From NCBI GenBank assembly GCA_037447605.1, contig CM074816.1, forward strand, positions 446,869 through 510,868: DNA of 64,000 bases, in the 5' to 3' direction. This stretch comes from Zygnema circumcarinatum SAG 698-1b (lineage: Eukaryota > Plantae > Zygnematophyceae). The position numbers were made by a program, and so were the translations under genes. The notes under the pieces were generated by a model, which saw only the letters and a program-made list of their open reading frames with translations, did no database searches and was not told the origin of the DNA. Shown one piece after another: positions 25,840 through 47,035 of this stretch (within the stretch, counting starts at the first letter, position 1; the number at the start of each line of letters is the position of its first letter).

Positions 25840-27183
25840 ATGGAGCAGCAGACGCGCATGCTCTCTCTGGGCCTGCCTGCGGCTCCCGCTTTCCTTCTCG
25901 CATCGCTTGTAGGGTTCGCCGCCTCCGCCTACATCTTCTTCACAGTGAAACCCCTCCCTCCGGGAGGGCAGCGCTTCGCGGCTTCTCTTCCCGTGCTCGC
26001 TCTCTTTGCGGTCCTTCCGCGTCTTCTTGATCCGTCCCAGAACACCATCGCCTGCTGCACGCTGTGGGCCGTGTTTGCATGGGTCGCGCCCTTCCGCCTG
26101 CTCTCCTTCTGCTGGGCGGAGGGGGTACTGACCGAGCCCTTCGCGAACCGCGACTTGCTGCACTTCTACGCATGTCTCTCTACGCCCATACACGTCCGCC
26201 ATGCAGGCTGGAAGCCGCGGAGGGAGAGGAGGAAGGATGCGCGCATAGATGATGGGAGGAGTGTGTTTCAATGGCTGGCTAGAGAAGCAGATTCTGACGC
26301 GTGGCCCGTTCTGATTGCTCGGAGCGGCTTCAAGTGCCTCTGTTTGGTTGCAATCTGCCGAGCTTACGACTACGAAGATCGCTTGCATGTCGTGGCGCTG
26401 CAGGCGCTTCAAATCCTAGTGATCTTCCTCGTCATAAGCTTAATTTGTGATGCTTTAGCAGCTGTCATGCAGCTTCTGCTGGGAATGCCGGTAGAGCCGC
26501 ACTTCGACCAGCCGTACTTGGCCTCCTCTCTGGAAGACTTCTGGTCGCGTCGTTGGAACCTTCTCATCAGCGGACTGCTCAGAGATACCATCTACCTTCC
26601 TGTGCTGCGCCTCTTAACCAGTCAGAATGCCACTTCGGCTTCGGCTGCACTCTCTAATGGGAAAGCCAATGGAGGAGCTGCATTGAATGGCCTTGAGCAT
26701 GCTAAAGGCACTGACAACCCTAATCATGCGTCAGAGAAGGAAATCGAAGAAGAATGTGCGCCTATGCAGAATGGTGTTCAGGAAACTCTCCGCCACCGAG
26801 CTGGCACCACTCATAGCACGCCATCTGGTGTGCCTGTAGCCGGGGTGAAGCCACCACCTGCACCCCTTTGGGCGCGGCTCGCAGCCATGTTCACGAGCTT
26901 TTTAGTGTCCGGCATCATGCACGAGATTATGGTCTTTTACCTCTCTGGGAGTGCGACGGGGGAGATGCTGGCCTTCTTTGCTTTGCATGGTGCGGCCACT
27001 GCCTTGGAAGGCGCGGTAAAGGCACTCGCCAGAGGGAGGGTCGCTCTGCCGCGAGTGCTCGCAGTGGGGCTCACTGTAGGGTTCAGCTTCGTCACGGGGC
27101 AGTGGCTGTTCTTTTCGCCGCTCGTCTCATTGGGGGTTTACCAACAAGCATTGAAAAATGTTCAAGCGGTGTTTGGGCCTTAG
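25840..27183 (+). CDS. MBOAT wax synthase / ASAT1-like acyltransferase (copy 2, 447 aa, intronless)
   Basis: Same motifs (PHFDQPYLASSLEDFWSRRWN, VSGIMHEI); paralog of 23563-24903. Confidence 0.93.
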   Translation: MEQQTRMLSLGLPAAPAFLLASLVGFAASAYIFFTVKPLPPGGQRFAASLPVLALFAVLPRLLDPSQNTIACCTLWAVFAWVAPFRLLSFCWAEGVLTEPFANRDLLHFYACLSTPIHVRHAGWKPRRERRKDARIDDGRSVFQWLAREADSDAWPVLIARSGFKCLCLVAICRAYDYEDRLHVVALQALQILVIFLVISLICDALAAVMQLLLGMPVEPHFDQPYLASSLEDFWSRRWNLLISGLLRDTIYLPVLRLLTSQNATSASAALSNGKANGGAALNGLEHAKGTDNPNHASEKEIEEECAPMQNGVQETLRHRAGTTHSTPSGVPVAGVKPPPAPLWARLAAMFTSFLVSGIMHEIMVFYLSGSATGEMLAFFALHGAATALEGAVKALARGRVALPRVLAVGLTVGFSFVTGQWLFFSPLVSLGVYQQALKNVQAVFGP

Positions 27184-27495
27184 GGGTTTTAATTGTTTCT
27201 TCGATTGATTTCGGTATTTATTTAGGGCATGTCGATGGAAGCTCACGTGCGAGCTGTTATTTGGGAGTGGTTGCAGGAGTGAAGGTTAGGAGCGTAATGG
27301 AGGAATTGGAAGCTTGTCTTATGACAAGCCTTAAAGTAGAACAAAGTAAATAGTTGTCGTGGAAGGACATTCAATAATTGGGCCTTGCCAGTGTTCAATG
27401 TGCATCAAGGCAGTCAGCCACAACCTTGGCGATCAAAATTGCACAGATCGTACAAGAATGTAGACAGTATATAATTGCTTTATTTTCCGGAGAAT

Positions 27496-27632
27496 GATAC
27501 CCCCCCCCCCCCCAATTTTGGATTCCCCCCCCCTTTGGAAAATTTGCCTTCCCATTTTGGATATCCCACCCCCTGTTTTGGATACCCCCCCCCCCCTTGT
27601 ATTGGATACCCCGCCCCTTGTTTTTCCTCTAG
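27496..27632. repeat. Degenerate ~20-bp minisatellite (TTTTGGATACCCCCCC...)
   Basis: Five to six imperfect units of T-run, GGATA/GGATT and C-run between MBOAT copies 2 and 3. Confidence 0.7.
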
Positions 27633-27859
27633 AAATGAGAATGTGGAAACATTGGCACTGTATGAAAAAGTCTTCCTCCGTACCGTTTTGCACACGTGGC
27701 GTTTTCCTATTGGACATGAGCAGGATAAGTCTTGATTTTATTCGTACACATATCTTTCTATTCGTACAAACCTCTGCATTTTTCGTACAAACCTGTGACT
27801 TTTTAGTTTGTGAAAGGACAAGCTGCGGGCGAGAGTGCGCTGTCCTGCGGGAGAGCAGC

Positions 27860-28095
27860 GGGGGAGGGAGCGAGGGAGCAGCGGAGCAGCGGAGCAGCGG
27901 AGGAGGAGGAGGGAGGAGGGAGGAGGGAGGGAGGAGGAGGAGGAGGAGGGAGGAGGAAGGAGGGAGGAGGGAGGAGGGAGGAGGGAGGAGGGAGGAGGGA
28001 GGAGGGAGGAGGGAGGAGGGAGGAGGGAGGAGGGAGGAGGGAGGAGGAGGAGGGAGGAGGGAGGAGGGAGGGAGGAGGAGGGAGGAGGAGGGAGG
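27860..28095. repeat. GGAGGAG/GAG polypurine tandem repeat upstream of MBOAT copy 3
   Basis: Directly visible; it produces the spurious low-complexity ORFs in the track. Confidence 0.9.
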
Positions 28096-28279
28096 AATAG
28101 TGGAGAGAGGGAATACGGGAGAGAATATAGGGGTGGAGAGGGAAGGGGGAAGAGGGGCTGAAAGGGACGCGGAAGGAGTTAATGGGTCTGGGTGCGAGGG
28201 GGCTGGCGGGAAGGAAGTTGCAGGGACGAAAGAGAGGCGGGCGCAGCGGTGAAGCTTAGGGTTTGAGGAGAACGGAGAC

Positions 28280-29593
28280 ATGCTCACTCTCGGCCTCGCC
28301 ATTGCTCCCGGCTGCGCCCTGTCAGCGCTGCTGGCCTTCGTTGCCTCCGCCTACCTCTTCTTTGCGGTCAGGGCACTCCCTCCCGGATGGCTTCGCCTCG
28401 CAGCTTCTCTTCCCGTGCTCGCTCTCTACGTGGCAGCTCCGCGCTTCGTCGATCCGAGTCATGACACTATGGCTACTGGCGTGCTGTTCTGCGTGCTGAC
28501 ATGGCTCGCCTCCTTCCGCGTGCTTTCCTTCTGCTGGGCGGAGGGCATACTGATGGAGCCCTTCGCAAACCGCGATGTGCTGCGCTTTCACGCATGCCTC
28601 GCTATTCCCATACATCTCCGCCCCGCGGGCTGGCAGCCACGCAGGGTGAGAAGGAGAAAGGACGGTGCAGATAATGGGAAGGGTGTGCTCCAATGGCTGG
28701 TTGGAATAGCGGATTCTGACACGTGGCCCGTTCTGGTTGCTCGGAGCGGCTTAAAGTTTCTGGTTATGGTCCTTCTCTTCCCACTCTACGACTTAAAAGA
28801 GAGCTTCCCCTACCTCACGCTGCAGGCTCTTCATGCGATCAATTTATTCCTCTTCGTTACTTTGGTACTTGAGGCTTTAGCAGCTGTCATGCAGCTTCTG
28901 CTGGGAATGCCGGTGGAGCCGCACTTCGACCAGCCGTACTTGGCCTCCTCTCTGGAAGACTTCTGGTCGCGTCGCTGGAATCTTCTCATCAGCGGACTGC
29001 TCAGGGATACCATCTACCATCCTCTCCTCCGCCTCCTAACCAGTCAGAATGCCATTTCTACTACAGAAACCTCTGTACAAGCTGATACTGGAAAATTCCC
29101 TCCAAACGCCCTTGAAAACTCTAGAAATCCTGATCCCACAATAGGGAAGCAAAGGGGAGAAGAATGTCCGCCTATACAGAGAGGAGTTCAGGGAAGCCTT
29201 CGACACCGAGGTACTCCCTCTCAGAGTGCCGCGTTTGACCCACCTGCCAGTAAAGTGACAGCAAGAGCTGCGCCACTTTGGGCACGTCTTGTAGCCATGC
29301 TCGCAAGTTTTTTTGTTTCCGGCATCATGCATGAGCTTGCTGTGTTTTATCTTTCCGGGAAAGTGACGGGTGAGATGACTGCGTTTTTCACTTTACATGG
29401 CATTGCCACTGCCTTGGAGGCGGTAGTGAAGTCGCTTATGAAAGGGAAGGCCGGCCTTCCGCGAGTGCTCGCCATCCCATTCACAGTGGGCTTCACCTTT
29501 TTGACAGCTCAGAGGCTATTTTTTGGGCCTCTTGTGTCACTTGGAGTGGACCAAAATACAGTGAAAAATGTCCGGAGACTCCTTGGGATTTAA
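28280..29593 (+). CDS. MBOAT wax synthase / ASAT1-like acyltransferase (copy 3, 437 aa, intronless)
   Basis: Same motifs (PHFDQPYLASSLEDFWSRRWN, FFVSGIMHEL); paralog of copies 1 and 2. Confidence 0.93.
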   Translation: MLTLGLAIAPGCALSALLAFVASAYLFFAVRALPPGWLRLAASLPVLALYVAAPRFVDPSHDTMATGVLFCVLTWLASFRVLSFCWAEGILMEPFANRDVLRFHACLAIPIHLRPAGWQPRRVRRRKDGADNGKGVLQWLVGIADSDTWPVLVARSGLKFLVMVLLFPLYDLKESFPYLTLQALHAINLFLFVTLVLEALAAVMQLLLGMPVEPHFDQPYLASSLEDFWSRRWNLLISGLLRDTIYHPLLRLLTSQNAISTTETSVQADTGKFPPNALENSRNPDPTIGKQRGEECPPIQRGVQGSLRHRGTPSQSAAFDPPASKVTARAAPLWARLVAMLASFFVSGIMHELAVFYLSGKVTGEMTAFFTLHGIATALEAVVKSLMKGKAGLPRVLAIPFTVGFTFLTAQRLFFGPLVSLGVDQNTVKNVRRLLGI

Positions 29594-31247
29594 AAGACGT
29601 TCTTTTTTTTCTGGCCATACCTGGCCAGCCCGAGTCAAACACCGACGTGATCTTTGAAGCTACGATGCAACGCTTTGATGCCAACGTTTTGGTGCGCATT
29701 TGACAAGGCGTGTACAACTCAATGACCCCACTTTGTATCTTTATTTGACAATTGTTTACGTGCTAGCTTTAGGATGTTGAAAGTCAGCGCATAAGAGTTG
29801 AGAATGGTGAATTTGAACGGAGGTGACATCGCCCCATTATTTACTTTTTTTGCTGCAAGGGAATCTCATGCAATTGAAACTCCATTTGCAAAAGTTTTGT
29901 TGGCTAATCCCACAGCGAAAGAAAGATAAATGTAAGACTGTGCGATGCTTTTTGGTGCTACCCAAACTAACTGGGTAGCGAACAGCAATACAAAGCATAT
30001 GGACCGAAGGATCAGCCATGCTGGCTCTATGAGCCCTGTGTAGGTGATGCCTCAACTCGCGGTAAAACCTCGAAGGACCACCTCCAGCATATGTACCAGT
30101 CCTGCAGCAAATCATCCATGCGCGATTGCGGGAAAGTAGCCCCACAGAAGTGCCAGTGGGGTCAACAAAAAATCACTGACCCTGGATTTAAGATTCGATC
30201 GGACAGACGACCATCCCCCTCCCCTTCTGTTCTCAGTAGAGGTGGTTGTAGTAAGACCAAACAAACATTCACCCACTCATGCGAGGTGATCGTATGGTCT
30301 ACAAGATTAGGAATGGATAAGTTATCTCTCGGAGAAGCGAAGTCTGCAGCTTCACGGGTTTTCATTGCTTTGGGATCATGCAACAAATGTCGGAACAAAA
30401 TTTCGGGATATTGGAATCCTGGGGCTGCCTGATGCCCATAGCCACGAGAGCAGGGCCACATGCGAGAAGACAGACACCTAAGCAGCCAACTTTTTTCAAA
30501 TCCCACGTAAAGAACGAGATGATATTTCTTCGAAGCGGAGAGGACACCAAAGACTTGCATTTCTTCGAACACAAAATGGCACTTTTCAAATAAGCCAAAG
30601 AATCAAGACAAATTAAAAAAAAAAGCATCTCCCTCTTCAGACTGCTCTAAAGGCTGCAAATACCCAGCGCCAATAAAAAGTAGGATGAAATTTGGGTGAA
30701 ATCTGGGCCTATTAAAGTACAAACATGTCTTAACACTCGACCCAAATCGTTGTAAATTTTTGGGAACGAGGGCACGAACCTGTGCCAGACAGTTGCCCCC
30801 ATTTGGCTATCTCAACAAACTCAATATGCAACAGCAGTAACAAGACGTACTTCTATGCTCCAGTACGCAGTGCCCTGTACCCTGTTCCCTGTTACGGTTC
30901 CCTGTTGCCGTGCCCGGCTCATACCCTTGGCTTGCGGCAAGCCTCCCGAACAGCTTTCAGTTCAGCTCTGCTCAGTCAGGCAGTAAGAAACCAAGCGCTG
31001 TGCTCCATCTCCATCCCCCGCACGGATGCGTCATCATGGAGCACTATTGCTTACACATAACTTAATGTTCAGATGGTCGGCCCAGAAGTTGTACAATTGA
31101 ACGTGAAGCTCTTCCTCTCCTCAGCAGACAGCAGAGACAATTCTTCCTCCAACCTCGTCCACTTCCCTGTCATCCCCGAGAGTTTTTCTGCCACTCGAAA
31201 TACATTTCGAAATGCGCTGTGGGAACTCACAGCAAATGCTTACTTCT

Positions 31248-35281
<4,034 letters not shown>

Positions 35282-35740
35282 GGATGGCCTGAACCGCCCT
35301 TCGATACAAGCTCACCGTGATCTCTCTCTCCCTCCCTCCCTCCCTCCCTCCCACCCACCCCTCTCGCTCACCGCATGGATGCCTCACTTCACGCCTGGAC
35401 ACCTTTTCCAAGGTCAGCCAGAAATATGCTTCTGCAGCACTGACTGCACTGTGCCTGCTAGTGGTGCTTCTGGCAGCGCCGCTGGCTTTGAGGCAGTCCG
35501 GAAGAACTCTACCAACGTCCGAAGGGGGTTTCAAGCGTCCTTCGGCGTCCGTAGGGACGTGGTTGCGGGGCTGCACGTCCGCCGAGGGAGTACCGCGTCG
35601 GCCCGCGGCCCCCGCCCGCCGCCCTTCGGCCCTTCCCCCCCTCCGGCAGGCCAGCGCGCAGGATAGAATCGGGCCGGGGCCGCGGCCGTGACGTGACTGA
35701 CTCGGACCAGGGGACTCGCATGACTAACTCTCCAACTCGG

Positions 35741-35810
<70 letters not shown>

Positions 35811-35812
35811 GG
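35741..35812. repeat. (CATGGG)12 hexamer microsatellite
   Basis: Perfect tandem array between the MAPKK 5' region and the GDC-T 3' end. Confidence 0.97.
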
Positions 35813-36292
35813 TGCATGACCTGTGGCCGTGTGGCGGCATAAGGGTCATGAACTCATGGTCCTTGGGAGTTGAGTTTTCTGTAGCACATTGATTGGGAGC
35901 AAATCAGGCAAGACATGGTTGCGCAGAAACGGTTCGTTTTCATGACAGCGAGGAACATTCCGTATCATGTTCCATTGCACCCATGGGACCTAATGTCTTT
36001 CATCACCCATACAAAACACGCGTTCAAGGCAGATGTTACAAACTTACAAAGGTGAATTCTTGTGATTCAGTTACACAAATTTGAAATGTCTAGCACTCAA
36101 CTCAATGGCATGTAAGCAAAGTCTGCACTACTCTGATCTCAGGAAGCCTGCAGCTTGCCTTTTAGTGGAGCTGGAAGCCGGTATGTATCCGCCAGGCAAA
36201 GGAAAAAAAAATACTAAAAAACTGCACGGTCTTCCTAACCTTTTTTTCCTTACGGCAAAAAAAATTGTAAGCAATTTTTAAGTTGCAAAGAA

Positions 36293-38913
36293 TTAGGTCG
36301 GCTTATAGTACTTGCTTGGGACGAAGGGCATTTTTGTAACTGCCGCATCATTCACCTTTCCTCTCACGTTGACCTTCAGGGGCGTGCCGGCTTTATGGAA
36401 CCCATTCTTCACATATCCCATGGAGATGTTCTTTTTCAAGCACGGACTGAAGCCGCCACTTGTCACCTCTCCAATGGTCTCCCCGCTCTCGTTCAGGATT
36501 GGAACATGACTCCTAGCAGGAGCCCCCCCTGAAACGAGCCCAATTCTCCTCTGAGAAGGACCCTCTGCCAGCTGCTTCAGAATGACATCCGCTCCAAGGA
36601 ATCCCCCCTCAGAGCGCCTCCTTTTGCCAACAGTCCATGCAAGACCGGCCTCTATGGGAGTGATGCTCTCGTTCAAGTCGTTGCCATACAGGCAAAGCCC
36701 TGCTTCCAGACGCAGGCTGTCCCTTGCACCTAGTCCTGTAAGGCGAATTTTATCCTCTCCCACCTCCAGCAGCTTCTTCGTCAGCTCCAACGCATGTTCA
36801 TTTGGTACAGAAATCTCAAATCCGTCCTCACCAGTATACCTGAAAACAGGTTCAAACAGGTTAAGAGTTCAGACATGAGTCGGTTTCCCAACCAAGCTCC
36901 CTTCTTCTGTTCCGGAAAACAGTACAGAACTAATGAGGAGCTCGCCACAGCATGCTTCTCAGTCCCATGGAAGGACAACTGCGGAAAACATGTGGACTCC
37001 GTAAGCAGAAGACCATTGTCGTTGCCGTGGGGTATAAATCCCGGATGCAAAAATGTAAAAATCAAGTACATGGGGGGCCTGAGGTCCAGTGGCTGTACAG
37101 GTTGACCTAGCTATGACTTTGAGATTATTTGCATTTTGGCTCTTTGTTTCATCAGTGATGCTAATAGGCTTGCCTACATGCTTAAGTTTTCAGATTGGGA
37201 ATGTCTAACGCACAATCATTTAGCCACTAAAAACGAAAGAGAGGCGACATGAGTGAAGTTCATGAGCTATCTCTTGCAATAGATTCAGCAGAAAGTTCTG
37301 CAGACACATGCAAACATCATAGGATACCGAAAAAAAAGTGGTCATGACTTGCTTATCATGGTTAGTGAAAAAAACACTGCATTGCTAGATTAGACAGTTT
37401 GATATCCCAACAACCAATGAAGGGTCTCTAAAAAGGAGACTTGTACTGCAAAGTTTCAGCGCTGCATTTTGAAAAAGCTGCCCTAATGCATTTGTACCAA
37501 ATATACCTGAGAGAATTACAATTTATAAAACATCCAGGCCGTAAACGGCACAACCCGTCATTTACGCTAACTTTGCCACAAACTGTTCCATAATAACTCA
37601 TCGCTTGTGGCTTGCAAGAAGAAAAGGATAAGGAACTGGCAACAGCACAATGCGTCACATCTTATTCTAAAAAATTCAAGGAAATAAGAGAGGGGCTGTT
37701 ACAGACCCTGTCCGCGTGAGGAAGCACTCGACGCCGTTAATCGCCATCACGCGGAAGTCACTGAAGTACATGGTGCTCAAGTCAACGTCTGTAAGCTTCT
37801 GCAGACTGGGGGCGGCAAGGGGTCCCTGCAGGGCTAACAGTGAGCGCTCGTCATGGATGTGCCAGTTAACATCCTTTCCTTCTGTCTTGTATGTGGAGAG
37901 ATGCTTGTCAAAGTGAGCTGCACATACAGCCAAAAATAAATTCATCACACCACGGCGTTCCTGCAAAAAAATGTCATCCTGAGTGCCTCATCCTTAGCAT
38001 AGGCCAAAGGGACAAGTCAACTAGCTCACCGACGTTGACTGGCAGTAAAGTAAAAACAGTCTGATCTAAAAGCGCACCTTCCCTTGTCTTCTCTAATGCT
38101 TCCACGAATATGAAAGCGTTCCATGACTGCAGTTGTTATAATAAACCATCTAGACATTCTTAACAACTGACAATCTACCCAGCCAGTTTTGCTAAACGGA
38201 CATCTCTTTCCCCTAGATCGTCTACCAAGTGTCCTAGCTAGCCAACTTCACTAACAAGGAACAAGGTCAGCAGAGAGGGGCTTACCAAGATCCTTCTCGC
38301 GACAACCTGCATTGACTACGAGATAGATATGCGCGTCGTCCACCTTAGTGACTACGGTATCATCAATAATACCCCCCTGCTCGTTGGTGATGACAGACAG
38401 CGAGCCAGTGCCCGGCTTCAAACCTGCAATGTCTCCCACTACGAGAGTTTCCAGAAAGGGAATGCAATCCTTGCCCTGCACAGCGCCATAACGCAGCTTT
38501 CAAAACAGGCTTGCAGGGCGGGCAATGGGCCGATTCCCAGTGGAAAGATATGCATTGCTGAGAATGGTTGTAGCTTAGAAGAAGGAAAGACGAAAATCAT
38601 ACGCCTCACTCTCTAGGTCAGAGTACGGCACCTTCAGGCTGAGGCCGCACATGTGGGAGACGTCGAAGATGCTGCCGTTGCTGCGGCAGTTAATCGTAGA
38701 CTCAAGGATGCTGTCCTTGTACTGGATGGGCATGCTATACCCTGCGAATGGCACCATTTTCCCGCCATTCTCCACGTGGAAGTCATACAAGGCCGTCTTC
38801 TTCAAGCTCTCGTCACTTGCAAAGCGGCGCACTCCCCCTTGCAGAGTCTCCCTGCTACTGCTGCTGCCTCGTTGAGCAAGCTTTGAAGACTGGAGGAGGG
38901 CGCGGCGCCACAT
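36293..38913 (-). CDS. GDCST: Mitochondrial aminomethyltransferase (glycine decarboxylase T-protein). Exons about 38632-38913, 38286-38475, 37705-37918, 36293-36840
   Basis: Arg/Ser-rich presequence, [10 protein letters not shown]...[80 protein letters not shown]...[17 protein letters not shown]. Confidence 0.97.
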
Positions 38914-40425
38914 GGCGGCAGTGGAGTGGAAGATATTAGGGTTTCACTGGGATATCCTTGCCCTAACTTTATCCCTTTGCTGCTACTCCTCTTGCTCTTC
39001 CTCCTCCAGCACAACTGCTCCTGCTGCTGAAGCGGAGGCCGAGACTCCATTGAGCGTAGTTGTGGCTAGACTAACCAACCACATCCTGACACGTCATCAA
39101 ATAGTTAACACGTGGCATCCCTTGATTGGCTTATTTCTCTCAAGCTGTGCGTTGAACGGAGACCTGCAGCGTGCTTGGAGCGGGGCCCCGCCTGCCCGCG
39201 GCCTCAGCGCAGGGGGGGAGCCTGGGGAGCGGGCGCTTCTGATTGGCCGAGGAGAGGGAACGGATTGGGGCGCTAACTGGACACATGGAGGCAACGCTCC
39301 CTTCTAGCCAATAAAAATAGAAAATTTTGCCACGTGACGTGTCATAATTGGTGGAAAATAAGTACGTCTTCGCTTGACCAAATAGTTCATGTTTCTATGA
39401 CGCAGTTACAGTTATATAACTAGCCGTTGTGACTTCGACTGCTTTTATGATGGAATCATTCGATATCTGGAACTGGATTGACATAGGAAGTCACATTGGA
39501 CGGCGATTGCGATCGTCGCGCTGCGGCGTTGCCACGTTGTGCGTTTTCGGCCCTCCGATTGGCCGAAAATTGAAAATGCGCCAACGTGGACGAAATGCCC
39601 CGAAGCGAACCACAGGTGTGCAAGAGGGAATATTCGAATTTCTGGACGGAACTCAATAACTGCTGCAGAGAAATGACCGAATCTGCCCAATCCATGAAAA
39701 TTTCTGCCGAACCGTTCGTTTCTGCTGCCCGTGAATCCCAAACGAGAAATAGTTTTTGGATGCCAACGTGGACGAATCTCGAGCAAGAAATAGCGCATGG
39801 AATCTTTTTTTGGAGCGGGCAGGCTGCCCGTAAGAAAATAAAATCCCCTTTCACCCTTCCCTGGATAACGTTTGACATGGCGCCTTCCGGCTGGCCGACG
39901 GGAAAAAATTCGGCTGTCCGCAGAAGGGGTGTATGCTGCACATCGTACTTTCGTTTTTCGCGAGTATCCAATTGGAACATGTCACGCGTATTTTATTACA
40001 CGTGGCATTTCATCATTGGATGATATCGCTTTTTATGCTTCTTTTACATAATTTTTCCCAACTCACAAAATCTAACTAGAAATTGTATAATGACGTCATC
40101 TAACATCACAATATCCTCACCCGCCGCTCCCTCCATATAGCCGTCCTTCAAAACAAATTGATTTATCAAAACAATTGAACTGAGAGAATGGAACTGTCCC
40201 CGAGCCCTGTAACTGCGGCATGGCGAGGCTCAGCCAGGCGAGGCGTGCAGGGCAGCCGCGTGGCCGCCCGTCCGCCGCCACTTTGCTCCCTCCCTCCCTC
40301 TCTTCCTCCCCTTTTGACCCTTCACCCTCTCCCTCTATCTTTCTGCATCCGCCTCTCCTTCCTACAGGCAACTGACTGACGGAATCAGAGTTAGGAGGCG
40401 AGACCGGAGGGAAAGTAGCAGAGCC

Positions 40426-46116
<5,691 letters not shown>

Positions 46117-47035
46117 GTACTGTACCGGGGAAACATGGAAGTCCTGCATAGGCCTAGTGTTCAACTGTGTTGTTCTGTATGCTTTAGGTCTCTAGGGTAG
46201 TGGTAGGAGGTGGGCAACGCGTGAAATCATGTGCAGATGATGTGATCAGGTCATGGATGTACCGATGACGAGTACATGGCATGGCAATCTCTGCATACCT
46301 CGTTAGTTTTCTGACATGCAGAATGTGTGTAGTAGATGGCCGTTGTGTCTATTCTGTATTCTCCGCAACGGCTTCATAATTAAGTTGTGTCCTTCTCAGC
46401 CGTGAACGGTTGTGAGACCTCGTTGAGTAATGTTCGGATTGATGATCCACTTGAACTGTTACTCCGTTGCAAACCCTAGATCTCAACATCTCTTGCGCCT
46501 GTCAAATCTATGGCCGTCAAATGTTTCAGGAAGTGGCAAATTTGGTGTCAGGTAGTTGCAAACTTGCCGTTAGAAAGTTGTACTATTGTTAGTCACAATG
46601 CTTCAGCCACTATTGCCAAGCTGTTTGTCAACCTGTCTCCAAATGGCACAAATGCACGTGTTCTCAACTTCGTCGCCTCTTTGCATTGTTGCAATAAAAA
46701 GTAACAATAAACCAGTTTATCATATTCTAATATGAATTGGAAGTTTGCCGCGCCAGGTCAGTTTGACGAGCACAAGTGGTGCACTATAGTGGCAAGCACC
46801 CTTTCCCAAAACAAAAGACAGTTACTGAAAGTAACCCACACTTAACAAACTCAGTAGCACTTCAACACTTGCTGATTCCACTCTCCCACATCCTCCTCTT
46901 GCTGCTTACACACTCATGCGTACTTGCCATGAGCAACAATCTACAACACAACTCTATAATTCAATGTTATCTTCAAATCTCAATCCTAAGATGCAATCCC
47001 AAGTCCCCCTCTGTACTGCGAACATCTTACCACAC

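Noticed and set aside
25435-26412. 325-aa antisense ORF (and similar 23560-24129, 28322-28693)
   Set aside because: Antisense shadows of GC-rich MBOAT coding sequence.
27433-28302. 289-aa and 252-aa Pro/Ser or Glu/Gly/Arg ORFs
   Set aside because: Products of GGAGGAG and C-run repeats; no domain or splice support.
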